Assembly (NCBI GenBank): GCA_965287045.1
Contig: OZ336876.1
Location: 44,330,001 to 44,394,000 of the forward strand
Length of the DNA stretch: 64,000 nt
Origin: Carcharhinus amblyrhynchos
Lineage: Eukaryota
Reading direction: 5' to 3'
Made by a program: the position numbers and the translations under genes. The notes under the pieces were generated by a model. That model saw nothing but the letters and a program-made list of their open reading frames with translations. It had not been told where the DNA came from and ran no database searches. Positions 1 to 12,899 of this stretch are shown in pieces (position 1 is the first letter of the stretch; every line of letters begins with the position of its first letter).

Positions 1-87
1 TATGAACAGGGATCTGCCCTGCCCTGGAGCCAGGTCTTCAGCCTCACCATGCTATTTTTCTTCTCTCTGGTGAAGTGGCAGGTTTAG

Positions 88-318
88 TGTGGGTTTCCTC
101 TGGGTGCTCCAGTTTCCTCCTGCTGTCTAAAGATGTACGGGTTGGGTGGATTGGCCCTGCTAAATTGAACCTTAAGGTCAGGTGGACTAGCTAGGTAAAT
201 GTATGACATTATGAGGATAGGGCCTGAGTGGGTTTGTGGCCGGTGCAGACTCGATGGGCTGAATGGCATTCTTCTGAGCTGTAGGATTCGATGATCCCAT
301 GATCTGTGATTCTATGAT
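88..318 (+). mobile_element. HE1-like tRNA-derived SINE, 5'-truncated
   Basis: Core gtgggtttcctctgggtgctccagtttcctcc, then CR1-like tail ...ctgtaggattcgatgat; matches the copy at 1919-2284. Confidence 0.75.
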
Positions 319-725
319 CCTGTCTCCTCTTTGGGGCTCTTCCTTTTGGACCTCTCTTTGTCTTCTCTCCCTCTGGATCATTTCCCCGTCCTTTACCTAG
401 GACACTAGTTTTCCATAGCACTCTGCTCCCAGCTGCCTGGTACTGGGTTTCCCTGCCATTTCTTTTCCTTGTGCACAGGCACATGGTGCTCAAAAAATGT
501 GCAGTTTGTTGAACAGTGAACGTACAGCCTACTACCTTCCTTCATATGCGAAGTGCGTTGAATTCCATCAGGGGCTAAGTTCCCAATCTCTGCTCTCAAC
601 AGGGTAAGAATAGCTTTCACAGTTTACTTAACTTAAATATGTGATTGTTAAAATTCCACTCTACCTGAACAGTGAGACCACAACTTTAAAATTTTGGAGT
701 GTCTACTTTTGGATGGTTGAAGGAA

Positions 726-1021
726 AGAATCATAGAATCCCTACAGTGCTGAAGGAGGCCATTTGGCCTATCAAGCCTGCACTGACAATGATCCCACCCA
801 GGCCCTATCCCTGTAACCTTATATGTTAAAGGGACAATTTAGCATGGCCAGTCCATCTAACTCGCACATTTTTGGAGTGTGGGAGGTAACTGGAGCACCC
901 AGAAGAAATCTAGGCAGACATGGGGAGAATGTGCAAACTCTATATAGAGATTGACCCAAGCCAGGAATTGAACCTGGGTCTCTGGCAGTGTGTGGCAGCA
1001 GTGCTAACCACTATGCCACCA
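726..1021 (-). mobile_element. HE1-like SINE
   Basis: Reverse complement of head ggtggcatagtggttagcactgctg and B-box-like ggttcaattcc; tail cactgtagggattctatgattc. Confidence 0.85.
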
Positions 1022-1199
1022 TCAATCAATCTCAGAAACAGAAAGCTGGGGGAGATGTTGGTTTGAAATAACGTTTCTTGTGGGGTCAGAAGCAGTAGTA
1101 AAAGCTCTAAGTTCATCTGATTCAAGCAGGTTCTTGAATTTCTGCTTGAATATGCAAAGAACCTTATACCTTCATCAAGCATGGACAAATGATGCCTCT

Positions 1200-2640
1200 T
1201 CATAGGATTACAGGATGATTCATCGCAAGAAGCCCCATTTTGTCGCGTCTTTGGTAGAGCTCCAATTAGACCCACTTTCCTACTCTTTCTGCAGAATTTT
1301 GTGAAGTTTTCACCATCAAGTATTTATCCCATTCCCTCTTGAAAGCAATTATTGAATCTGCTTGCATCACGTTCTCAGGAAGTACATTCCAGACTACACT
1401 ATCTCACTCTTCAAAATAAAAGTTTCCTCATGTCAGCGTTACTGTTGTTTTTTTTTTCGTTTTGGATCAGGCACTCAACACCAGGGTCTTCATCCCACAC
1501 GACAGCAGGAGCAGTCACCTGACAATGATTTTGGCTCAATTGGCCAATGGGACAAGCTCAATCTTGAGGCTCCTTCTCAACCCTTTCAAAATGTTTAAAT
1601 TAGAGAATACCCACAGCCGCGAAACACCATGATGGAGGAGGACAGTTGCAGTCAGCCTCTACTAACCTTGACTGGCCTTCTAATTAATTTTAAAAGCTTT
1701 GACCTGACCTTTCCCAAAATGGTTTGAGGACGGAATGGTGCCAAAAAATACCAGTGCAAAATTGTGGCTCCTCCATCCCAGCTCCCATCCCCAATTGGTC
1801 TACAAAAGTTTTGCCCCTGGTTCTTTGTCAATCAGCTTAAACCTGTTTCTTCTTGTTACTGATTCTTCTGCGACTGGAAACAGTTTCTTATTGTTTTTGC
1901 AAAGCCATTCATGATTTCGGGGCAGCACGGTGGCATAGTGGCTAGCACTGCTGCCTCACAGCTCCAGGGACCTAGGCTCAATTCTTGGCTTGGGTCACTG
2001 TCTGTGTGGAGTTTGCATATTCTCCTCATATCTTCGTGGGATTCCTCTGGGTGCTCTGGTTTCCTCCCACAGTCCAAAGGTGTGTGTGTTAGGTGCATTG
2101 GCCATGTTAATTTGCCCCTTATTGTCCTGGGATGCGTAGATTTGAGGGATTAGTGGGATAAATATGTATGGGGTTATAAATATGTATGGGGTTATGGGGA
2201 TCGGGCCTGGATGGAATTGTTGTCGGTGCAGTCTCAATGGACCAAATGGCCTCCTTCTGCACTGTAGGAATTCTAGGATTCTAAATGAATACCTCCTTCT
2301 TTGTTCAAAAAAGAGCAATGTTTACTTCAGTGTCTCCACCTGACTGAAGTCTTTGGCACATTTTATTAATTCTCTCTCATCTCTCTCTTCAAGGCCTTGT
2401 CATTCTTCTGAATGTGCGATGCCCCGAAGTGGTCACAATTGGCAAGTTGATGTCTAACCTGTGGTATACATGAAGTTTCAGCATCAATTTCTTGCTTTTG
2501 TATTCTATTCTTGTGTTAATAAAACCAAGGGCCCCAAATGCTTTTCTAGCAGGCTTTTGCAACTTTTCCTGCTGCATTTGGGTATTTATAGTCACAGTGT
2601 GTCTGTTCCTGATTCCCTTTTAACATTGTACCAATTAACT
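1200..2640 (-). mobile_element. Old CR1 LINE 3' fragment, interrupted by a MITE-like insert (~1450-1817) and a SINE (1919-2284)
   Basis: Minus-strand translation includes KAFGALGFINTRIEYKSKKLMLKL (CR1 ORF2 C-terminal region); CR1-like 3' UTR near 1200-1420. Confidence 0.65.
1919..2284 (+). mobile_element. HE1-like tRNA-derived SINE, full length
   Basis: Head ggggcagcacggtggcatagtggctagcactgctgcctcacag, conserved core, tail ggcctccttctgcactgtagg; internal 18-bp tandem duplication ataaatatgtatggggtt. Confidence 0.9.
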
Positions 2641-2699
2641 CATACGAAAGCAAAATACTTTGGATATAACCTGATATAAAAATAGAAAATGTTGGAATT

Positions 2700-3030
2700 G
2701 GCCAGTAGGTCATGCGGGGTCTGGTCAGTATAGATAGGAAGAAACTATTTTCATTGATAGGAACAATCACAAATCAGAAGGCACAGATTTAAGGTAATTA
2801 GAAAAAGAAGCAATGATACCATAAGGAAAATCTTTTTCACGTAGTGAGTGATTAGGATCTGGAATGCACAAAGCATTTAAAAGGGAATTGGATTGTTATC
2901 TGAACAGGAACAAAGTGCAGGGCCAAAGTGGAGTAGGTGGGGGAGTGACATAAATTACTCTTATGCAGAGCCAACACAGACTCAAAAGGCCAAATGGCCT
3001 TGTTCTGTGCTGTAACAATTCAGTGATTCT
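2700..3030 (+). mobile_element. Old CR1 3' fragment
   Basis: ggcacagatttaaggtaatt...tttttcacgtagtgagtgattaggatctggaatgca (degenerate GHRFK...FFTQRV..IWNA) and tail ggccaaatggccttgttctgtgctgtaa. Confidence 0.7.
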
Positions 3031-5619
3031 GTCAGGCAGCATTTGTAAAGAGAGAAACAGGCTTCAGTAGCTGAATTTTTGGATCCCAATGGGGACATAA
3101 CAGCATCAGGCAGTTGTGGAATTCCGCATTGCTGGCCAGGTGCTTGTTCAATGGTTCCATCTCTCCCCAAAGCCTTTTCCCCAGAGGTGGCATGGGGAAG
3201 GGGCAATGCTGACAATTGCATTTTGTTAATCAGCTGCAGGATCCTTCAGCAGCAGACCTCCTCATTGTTCACTACATTTTAGAGTTTCATCTATAAAATT
3301 TAAAATTATATCCTCTTTACCCAAGGCCATTATAGTATAATCAAACGGAGCGTTTATCTCAATATCTACCTCTAGGAGACAACACTGTGTACTTTGCTCT
3401 TGTGTGAAAATTAACCATTCTGCAGTACGTATCACTTTCTCAGACCTTACCTAATTTTGCTCTGCTGCCAGGGTTCTTCATCTTCTTACTGAATTGCATT
3501 ACTGAACCACCTATAGAATCAGTAAGGTACACTTTATCTGTGACACTTCATTTATAAGGTGGCATGATTGAGATAAAATTACTTTTTTTTCTGTGTCTCA
3601 CTTACATCAATTTCCAATGTGCCAGAAAAAAAGATGTCTGCATATCTTGCATCATGAAATAAGATTTCCTGGGTAACTGTTCAGGTGAATAAATTGGAAC
3701 TGACACAGTTGGAGACTTTTTCAGACAGATCCAGGGACCCGTGAATTGCCCAACATAAGTCCATACTTCCCAGGCAATTCCCACGGAGTCAGTGCATTAA
3801 GATTTGCGAGGGTTCCTGTAACTCAGGTTTGGGGGTACACCTCTGACTATCTTGAGACTGGAAGATTTGGGCCATTGTATTAAATATTCAAGACAGAAAC
3901 TATAATTTATGCAGGCTGTTGCAGCATATATTGCACATAAATAGCTCCACAGGAAATGTATGTCATTGCATAGCACTACACCAAACCCCTACTGGTGAAC
4001 TAATTGAACTTAATACTGCTCTCTAATGTTCATATGATGACTACTGCTGTGTGTACTGAGCTGTAATGGTGAAGCAAAGAAAAATGGCAGATTAATTCAA
4101 GCGGTGCAATGGTTTATGATTATTACCTTGTCTTCCTGCAGAATTAACAACAGGAGTGGTTGATGTTGTTTCAGGTGATTAAGACAATTCATATAATGCC
4201 CAGACAAGTGAAAACTCAAGTTAAGCATGAGAAAGACATCCAGTCAAGAGCGGATTACTTAATAATGAGCACATTCATACATTTGAGAATAAATTGAATT
4301 TGCCGTGGTTCCTCACTGCTGATGAAACAATAAAATAAAGAGGTCTTTTAAGTGTTGGTAATTCCATATGATCTTTCATGTATGTGAAGAGACATTTATA
4401 AATATACTCAGGCTTAATGAACTCAACCCCATGCTTGTGAAATAGTTGTTCACAGAAATGGCCTTTCAAATAATTCATGGATTCTTTTGTACTTGTGGTA
4501 CGAGGTTCATCAGTGCTTCAGCACAAAATATTTTGCTGTTGGGACAATATCCAGTGCTATGCTTCTGGTAAGAATGTTGTTGCCTCGTGACAATACAAGG
4601 CATTCTGTGTATTAGTTCATAAATGCAATCTAAAATCCAGCCTCTGAAAAATGACTCCTCTTGGCACAAGACGATGTCGTCATTCTCGACACTTCCAACA
4701 CAGAACAATACGGCAACTTCAACATTATGAAAAGCAGTCTGTTCAAGAATTGAAAAAGAAGGGCATCCGTTCCAAAAACTTATTTTAATGAAAAGATCAA
4801 AACTTCCTGTTTTTTAAACTGAACTTTTAAACAGCTGTTTGCATTTGTTTCAACCGCTGTCAGTCAAAACAGAATATTAAGCCACTTTGTCATTGTAAAA
4901 AATATGATCTTTCTGCTATTTTGTTAACCTTGCAAGTGACAGGATTTCCAGGAAATGTGTCCACTGAAGCAGTTGTTGTTTATGACATGTTATGACAAAC
5001 ATTGGGACCAGTTTTAACTCCTGGCTGGTCTTCACACAAGCAGGGCACAAATTGGAAGACACAGTACCTGGACCTCCATATACAAAGTTTTGGAAATTAT
5101 AATTACTCAACTATACAAGCTCTGTCAATCTCCTACCCAAACCTGATGGGAAGCAACAACTGGTGGGTGAGTCGGAGCCATACATGGGCAGCAGCAGATC
5201 ACCTTGGTGACCTGAGGTTCACAGGTGAACTTTGAAACTGGAGCAGGTTAAATACTTCAGCTGCTTGATATCTTGCAGCTAGTTCAAAATATAAGTGTAA
5301 AGCTCATGTACACTGACTGAAGTCTGATGGTCCTACTGGATCTGCTAGGTTTTAAAGTCCCCAGAACCAGCTTGAATCAGTTTTCTGCTGAGTTAACGAT
5401 TCTGAGGCCTACCCAGACTAGTTGGATGGCGAGGCCATTATAATATCATGGAAGGTTGATAGTTGCCATTGAGTTTAGATCTTTCTTTTGATCCAATATA
5501 AAACATAAAAACAGGAAATCTGAAACCTCCATGGTCTTTAAGTTTTGGCCCATCCTTAAACAATGAGGTGTGTATATTCCACAAATAATTGTGAGATACC
5601 ATTCCCTCTAACCATATTT

Positions 5620-6510
5620 CATCGAACCATACAATCCTTACAGTGCAGAAGGAGGCCATTCATCCCATCGAGTCTGCACTAATCACAATCCCATCCAGGC
5701 CCTATTCCTGTAATCGCACATATTCACATTGCTAATATTTTGGCCTTGGAGGGAGTGCAGAGGAGGTTTACTAGGCTGATGCCGGAGTTGAGGGGGTTGA
5801 GCTATGAGGAGACGCTGAATAAGCTAGGCTTGGACTCGTTAGAGTTTAGAAGAATGAGGGGAGATCTCATTGAGACATATAAGATGATGAATGGGATGGA
5901 TAGGATGGAGGTGGAGAGACTCTTCCTACTCAGAGAGGACAGTAGGACTAGGGGGCACAGCCTCAAGATAAAGGGGGGGCGGTTTAGAACAGAGTTGAGG
6001 AAGAACTTCTTCACTCAAAGGGTGGTGAATCTCTGGAATTCTCTGCCCGTTGAAGTGGCGGAGGCTACCTCGCTAAATATTTTTAAGACGCGGGTTGATG
6101 GGTCTTTGATAAGAGAGGGGATTAAGGGTTATGGGGAGAGGGCGGGAATGTGGAACTGAGCCACGATAGATCAGCCGTGATCTTATTGAATGGCGGGGCA
6201 GGCTCGAAGGTCTAGATGGCCTATTCCTGCTCCTATTACTTATGTTCTTATGTTTATGTAATCCCCTGACACGAAGGGGCAATTTAGCATGGCCAATCAA
6301 CCTAATAACAGTAAAAAGTCTGACAACACCTGGTTTTAGTCCAACCTAATCCACACATCTTTGGACTGTGGGAGGAAACCAGAGCACCTGGAGGAAACAC
6401 ACACAAACACGGGAAGAATGTGTAAACTCCACACAGACAGTAACCAGAGGCCAGAATTGAACACAGGTCCCTTGGTTCTGTGAGGCAACAGTGCTATCCA
6501 CTGTGCCACC
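5620..6510 (-). mobile_element. HE1-like SINE split by a young CR1 insert and a 35-bp insert
   Basis: Tail at 5620-5736, body and head at 6259-6510; taat repeated on both sides of the CR1 insert. Confidence 0.85.
5735..6258 (+). mobile_element. Young CR1 LINE 3' fragment
   Basis: ORF 5740-6159 ALEGVQRRFTRLMPELRGLSYEE...FFTQRVVNLWNSLP; 3' UTR ending in (ttcttatg)n; near-identical to the 44390-46115 copy. Confidence 0.95.
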
Positions 6511-6715
6511 AATTAATTGTTCATCAGTAACTTGATACTGTCTGTAGTCCAAGTGCACAAGAGTCGCATGCTTTGCTTCTGCCTTCTTAACAGCATGTTT
6601 GTATCTGATTTTTATAATGTTAACTGAAAGTTCATAATATGACACAGCTGCACTGAACAGGCAATTGGAATGTTGAAGAAGGAAATAATAGGGTAGGTCT
6701 CAATAATTATGTTTT

Positions 6716-7014
6716 AAGTTTATTTATTAGTGTCACCAGTAGGCTTACATTAACCCTACAATGAAGTTACTGTGAAAATCCCCTTGTCACCATACTCCGG
6801 CACCTGTCTCAGTACATTGAGAGAGAATTTAGCATGGCCAATGCACCTAACTAGCATGTCTTTCAGACTGCGGGACGAAACTGGAGCCCCTGGAGGAAAT
6901 GCATGCAACCATGGAGAAAACGTGCAGACTCCGCACAGACAGCGACCCAAGCCAGGAATCAAGCTCGAGGCGCTATGAGACAGCAATGCTAATCATTGTG
7001 CCACCGTGCTGCCC
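6716..7014 (-). mobile_element. tRNA-derived SINE, HE1-like head with alternative tail
   Basis: Same head and core as the HE1-like copies, but tail ...ttttcacagtaacttcattgtagggttaatgtaagcctac...aataaataaactt. Confidence 0.85.
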
Positions 7015-8428
7015 TCCTGATGCAGAGCCTGACGCATCAGGAAATCAGGCAGTGACATCAGCAGTGTTTTGTATGCATTATTCTCAACGAAAATAAAATT
7101 CTGGGCCTTCTGAGCTTTACACTCATACTTTGAACATACATGTGGCACGTGGAGTTCTGAAATTAGTGTGATAATCGATAAATCTACACTACTAATAGAT
7201 CTATGAAATTGCTGAAATGCTAGGAGCAGCATTATTCGTATGACATATGTACTAACACCAATATTTACAAAATTTGCTTTCCTGTTCTTCCTTCTTTCTA
7301 AGTAACCAATTTTACCTGTGACTCATTTTATTTCCTTATGTTTTGCTGCTTTCTCAAATCAATTTTATAGCCTTGACTGCCATAAATAAACAATTAATCA
7401 ATCAAACAATAAATGAAAGATTTCATACAGAATATCCAAAAACAAAAGTAAAAATTGCAATGTATAACAAGATGGGGCAACCATTGTTTGTCCCTTGTCT
7501 ATGTACTGTTCTTTCTTGAACAGTACCACTATCCAAATGATTCCTTATCAGAGCACAAAAAAGCATGGATTCAGAAAATAGTATTCTATTAGCTAGGCAC
7601 ATCTCTCAAGTGCAGACTACTCCATCTGCTATAAAAAGCCGCAAATGACTGTTAATGTCTCTGTTAAATCATGAACTACATCACTAAATTGTTACCATGG
7701 CTATTAACCCATTATACCATTGCAAACTTGATTAGCAAAATAGTTTATTACTGCATTCTAACATTCAGTGATTGCAGGACTCTACTCATTTAGTCTTTTA
7801 AGTTTGACAAATAATTTGCTCTTCCCTTGATATGTAAATCAACCAAATCTTTAAATGGCAGGTTGGAATGCTACAGCTTTTCAATATGGTTTTTGGTGGG
7901 CAAGGCTCCTGACCAAGATTAGGCATGGAGGCATTATAGGGCATCCTGATAATTTGAAAGGTGCTAGATAAATACATGTTCTTTCTTAGTTTACACTCTG
8001 TGCTGAGTTTTATCATATGCACGTCAGCTTTTTCATATAACACTAATTGTATAGAATCAGCTACCACCGCCTCGTTCCTTACATCTGAAAACAAGGTTTG
8101 ATTCACTGAGCTGTCCACTTAGCAGAAAACCACTTTATTTTCCAAAAAATGTCACGGTCCTCAGAGATTTGGCCCAGACCACAACCTCAATGCTTCCTAG
8201 ATGAGCCTATTTGTCCTTTTGTAAAGCAACAAATCAAATTTCACTTGGAGTAACAGCCTCCAATCATATCTTGAGTTCCATCGAGGCTGAGAAACTGGAA
8301 ATTCCCAGTTTAGGGAATACCTATCCACAACTCCTCCACCTCCACATCAGTGACCTTGTTTAGATAGTGTGGAAGCTCAGCTCTCAAACACATCAGTTAG
8401 ATTTCCTATGTATGGCTGGCTCCTCATA

Positions 8429-8528
8429 ACACCAGGTTAAAGTCCAACAGACTTATTTGGACTTTAACCTGGTGTTGTGAGACTTCTTACTGTGTTTACT
8501 CCAGTCCAATGCCAGCACATGCACATCA
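8429..8528. mobile_element. Short insertion with an inverted segment, probably a Penelope-like terminal fragment
   Basis: 20-bp perfect inverted repeat 8428-8447/8457-8476; 12-bp direct repeat tggctcctcata at 8417-8428 and 8529-8540. Family assignment is inference. Confidence 0.6.
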
Positions 8529-9273
8529 TGGCTCCTCATATAACCAGCTTTCTAATCTACTGTCAGAATTAAATGGGAGTCTGACAGACTGGCAGAAGAG
8601 CTCCAAGCCCTCTGTTTTATTTTAATCTTAATAATATTATTTGAGAGGAGAACCAAACCCCATAAACAAATGTTTCCCATTATTATCAAAAGTATGTAGG
8701 TAAGGGAAAGAATATTAAATTGTGGGGGTGGGAGGGAAGGGAGTTGAAGGAATTGAACCTCTGGGAAGATGTTTTGGTTTTTTGGAGATGGATCTGAGGC
8801 AGAAAGAAGCATTCCAAATTTCTGAGTGGGGGACAGACCATTCATGTTGCCATTGTGAATGCTTACCTCAGAGAGGAGAGGAGTGGGATTGGATTTTTCA
8901 CTTGGGCAGAGCCAAACTTGGCCATAGCAATACCAGCTGAAGATAACTAAATCATTCAGAATCCTGGCTTTTTTGCTGAAGATTGATTTTCACAAGAGCA
9001 AATGACCACTCCGTGATTGATTGCTTTAGAAAATAGGCCTCTTAATTATTAACTTGAAATTCCCTGTTTGAAGCCCTTAATATCAAGGATACAACGGAGT
9101 CCCATTGCCCCTTACATCACAAAATATTACCCTTTTTTGCACAGCATCATGATATAAATACTGTTCTCTAGTTGATTATATAAGTATCTAGAGTGGAATA
9201 ATCTGGAAGGACAGAGTGAACACAGTACTTGGTTTAGTTTACTCCAATGCATCCAGAGAAAAAGAAGAAAAGC

Positions 9274-9580
9274 AAAGTTTATTTATTTATTAGTTACAAG
9301 TAGGCTTACATGAACACTGCAATGAAGTTACTGTGATAATCCCCTAGTTGCCACACTCAGGCGCCTGTTCAGGTACACTGAGGGAGAATTTAGCATGGCG
9401 AATTCACTTAACCTGCACATCTTTGGACTGTGGGAGGAAATCAGAGTGTCTGGAGGAAACCCACGCAGACACGGGGAGATCATGCAGACTCCGCACAGTC
9501 AGTGACCAACCTGGGAATTGAGTCTGGATCCCTGGCGCTGTGAGACAGCAGTGCTAACCATTGTGCCACTGTGACACCCC
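9274..9580 (-). mobile_element. tRNA-derived SINE, alternative-tail family
   Basis: Matches the 6716-7014 copy end to end. Confidence 0.85.
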
Positions 9581-10179
9581 ATGCTCCTTCTGAGCATAGA
9601 GCTTTCTGTGACTGTAGTAATTTGTTACTACTGAATGAATGACAGACTGGAATAAGAAGAAAGAGAGTGAGAAAGCTTTGCATAAATCCTGAGCTGAGGC
9701 AGTCCTCCCCCAGCATCCTCGCTGGCCATTCTTCCCATTGTTTACGTGGCTTCAGATGAGTTAGAAGATGAATGTTATAACATCTTTTTCTTTTGTAAAT
9801 TCTTTTTTAGTTATGGGCTGTTTTCTCTTGTAATCAGAGTAGAATAAGTAATAGGTTCCAACTGTTATGATGACATACAATATAAGCTGACTGTCAGCAT
9901 GTAATTCAGAGTGGGTGTGATGAAATATCTGTGCATCATACAACTATAAGAGAGGGATTACTATTTTGGTTTGAGTGACAGAACACTTCCAGGATGAAGG
10001 CTGGGATTGTAAATTATATCCTGCTGCCTGACATGCATGAATAAAAAAGCAATGAAAGTAGTTTGAGTACTGTAAATGCGTTTGTCTCTGTTATGAATGA
10101 CAGTTGAAAGTGCCTCCATTTCTTGTCATAGGTTATCAACCAATATCCACTATTAGTCCATTAACACCTACAGCTACCG

Positions 10180-11440
10180 CGACAATATTTCCTCCCAATC
10201 TGCAGAATTATATTCCGTTCTCCCAGTTATCTGTCTCCATTGAATTTGTTCTGACAATGTATCCTTCCATACTATCAGCTGTAATGTCTCTTCCTTTTCG
10301 TCAACTGAGGATTCACAAACTCACGACCCGCCACTTTGATTGATGAGTTCTTTGATCATGTCCATTCTATTTTACATACTTCTCTTACATCTTCCCCTCA
10401 CTTTCAGAATTATGTTAGGCTTTCCCTCGTCCTCACCTTTCCTTCAATAGCCTCTATATTCAATGGATCAGTCTCTGCCATTTCAACCGTCTCTAATGTG
10501 GTGCCACCACCAAACACACTTTCTCCTCACCTCCTCTCTATTTTCAACATTCTGTAGAGGTTATTTCCTCTGTGACACTCTGGTCCACTCCTCAATCATC
10601 TCCAACACACATTTCCCTTCCCATGGCCTCTATGAAAACAGAACAGATGCAAAATCTGCCATTTTAACCTCCTCCCTCAATATTCAGGCCCCTGAATGCT
10701 CTTTCCAGGTGAATCATTGATTTATATGTACTTTTTTCACTTTAATATATTTTCTTCACTGATTACAATTAAGTCTTTTCTACACTGGGAAGATCAAAAG
10801 TACATTGGGTGACCGCTTTGTGGAACACCTCCATTATGTTTGCAAATGTGGCCCTAAGTGCCAGTTGACTCTCCTTTTAATTCTCCACCTTTCTGCTGCT
10901 CTGATATCTTTGTTTTCAGCTTCCAACAGAATCCCAATAAAGCTCAACACAAACTCAACAAACAGTGCCTTATTTTCCATTAAGGTACTTTTATAGCCTT
11001 CTAAATTCAACAATTTTGGTCTGTAACCATTGTCCCATTTTATTTTTCTTTGCTGGTATTGGTTTTAATCTTGTTAGTTTCATTTATTTTGTGAAATCTG
11101 GATGATAGTTGTTCATCATTTTTCCATTTACATTTCCTCTAGATACAGCCTATTTCTTTACTTGTTCCATTATCATTCCTGCGGCCTTGCATCACCAATT
11201 CTTTTATCATTTAATCCCACCTGCATTCCACTTTATCATAGATTTTTTTGCATTTGTTCTGTCCAAACCTCCTCCCTTTTATTTGTTTAAAAGCTATTAC
11301 ATTTCTAACTTCTCCAATTCTAATAAAGGCCAGTGACCTAAGTTGTTAACTCTGTATTCCTCTCCACAGAAACTGCCTGACCTGCTGGGCATTTTTTGTT
11401 TTTAATTTGAGATTTCCAGCATCTGCAATAATTTGTTTTT
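10180..11440 (+). mobile_element. Penelope-like retroelement relic (RT thumb, GIY-YIG endonuclease, 3' terminus)
   Basis: Degenerate YIPFSQL (consensus SIPFSQFLRLRRICS) near 10210; NIQAPECSFQVNH and YTGKIKSTLGDRFVEHL (GIY-YIG-like YIGET..LGDRFAEH) at 10680-10835; terminal tctccacagaaactgcctgacctgctg. Confidence 0.75.
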
Positions 11441-12574
11441 GTAACCTGATTGGGTTATTTGATTAAATAGCAGGGATGGTTGATGATGATAGGGTTTTAA
11501 ATGTAACCAGTCTCATTGACTTTCATAGTCACATGACTATGCTGTGAGGCTGCCTCTGGAGGCAGACATCTTAAGGACAGTTCAATAAAATCTTTCACTT
11601 AGAACAGACACTGATGAAGACTGCTGTCCTTACACATGAAGCAGATTAAGCTTTTGTAGTAAATGCATGTATGGATTTTCAAATGTCATTCAAAGTCCAT
11701 TTAATAGCAAATTTCAGAAGAATATAGATTGACTGGTCAAATGGAGCCTTGGGAGATGTGATTTAATGTGGATAAGTGTAAAGTGATTCACATTGGGAAG
11801 AGCAACATGGAGAGGCCCTATAATCTAAAAGACTATTTTGAAGAGGGAGATTATAAGTAGATCTAGGTAGTAGATTGTATTTCAACTGACGGTCTTTAGG
11901 GATTTTTAATATTATGTTCGCTTTAGTAAGCTAATGAGGTCAAGACACCATTTTGTATAACATTGGGCTAAAGAAGCCATTTTGTATTCTGTGCTTTACA
12001 GTCACTCACATGTTTTCATGTTTTAATCAAGAATAACACTATAATTAGTGACCAGTTAGAAACTGATAATTAAACAAATAGTGACCCTCATTGTATAATT
12101 TAAGGATAAGTAATTAATTAAGCAGTTGTTAAGGCTGGATAATATACTAATGTTTGAAGTTTAAAATATAAACTTGATACTATAAACTTTACCTGAGGGC
12201 AGAAAGGAGCAGCCAAATACCACTGACTATGAATCTTAATGTTTGTCCTTGCCACCCTTCCCCTCCCAGAAGAAGTGTTAGGAAAAAGAATGGAGATTTG
12301 TATAAATTCAGCCAAAAGAAAGATTATAAACAGTCTCATTGTTCTGCTCCATGGAGCATTGGACACAACCGATTTAGTCCAAAAAATTGACCAGTTGGTT
12401 AATGACAGCAGGCCTGAGTTGAGATGAGGTAATGCTAATTCAAAGGTTAGAAGTGGGTTACAGGAACCACAGTATTGCTTGCTATAGTCGTGGATGTACT
12501 GGATACCTGGGCAGAATTTTAGGAAATCACTGTTGGTTCAGGAATATGAAGAAGATTCATACATTTGTTCATTT

Positions 12575-12847
12575 GGAGTGGCATGATGGCACAGTGGTTA
12601 GCACTGCCTGGGCCACTGTCTGTGTGGAGTTTACATGTTCTCTCCATGTCTGCATGGGTTTCCTTCGGGTGCTCTGGTTTCCTCTCACAGTCTGAAAGAC
12701 GTGCTGTCTAGATGCATTGGTCATGCTAAATTCTCCTTCAGTGTACCCAAACAGGTGCCGGAGTGTGGTGACTGGGAGATTTTCACAGTAACTTCATTTC
12801 AGCGTTAATGTAAGCCTACTTGGTGATGATTAAATAAACTTTACTTT
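12575..12847 (+). mobile_element. tRNA-derived SINE, alternative-tail family, internal deletion
   Basis: Head gcatgatggcacagtggttagcactg, core, and tail ttttcacagtaacttcatttcagcgttaatgtaagcctac. Confidence 0.85.
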
Positions 12848-12899
12848 TAAGTTCATTCAGCACAGAGCACTTCCTCTAAGGTGGAGAAGGATTAGGACA

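Noticed and set aside
1919-1995. tRNA genes at SINE heads
   Set aside because: A/B-box-like motifs run straight into SINE cores; no complete cloverleaf
4275-4760. BRCT-domain gene (TOPBP1/53BP1/SLF1-like) from snippets such as TAFHNVEV and GVEFIKPEYI
   Set aside because: Only short resemblances in different frames with no coherent alignment or neighbouring exons
11610-11645. Second hammerhead (ctgatgaagactgctgtc)
   Set aside because: No GAAA box after the putative stem II
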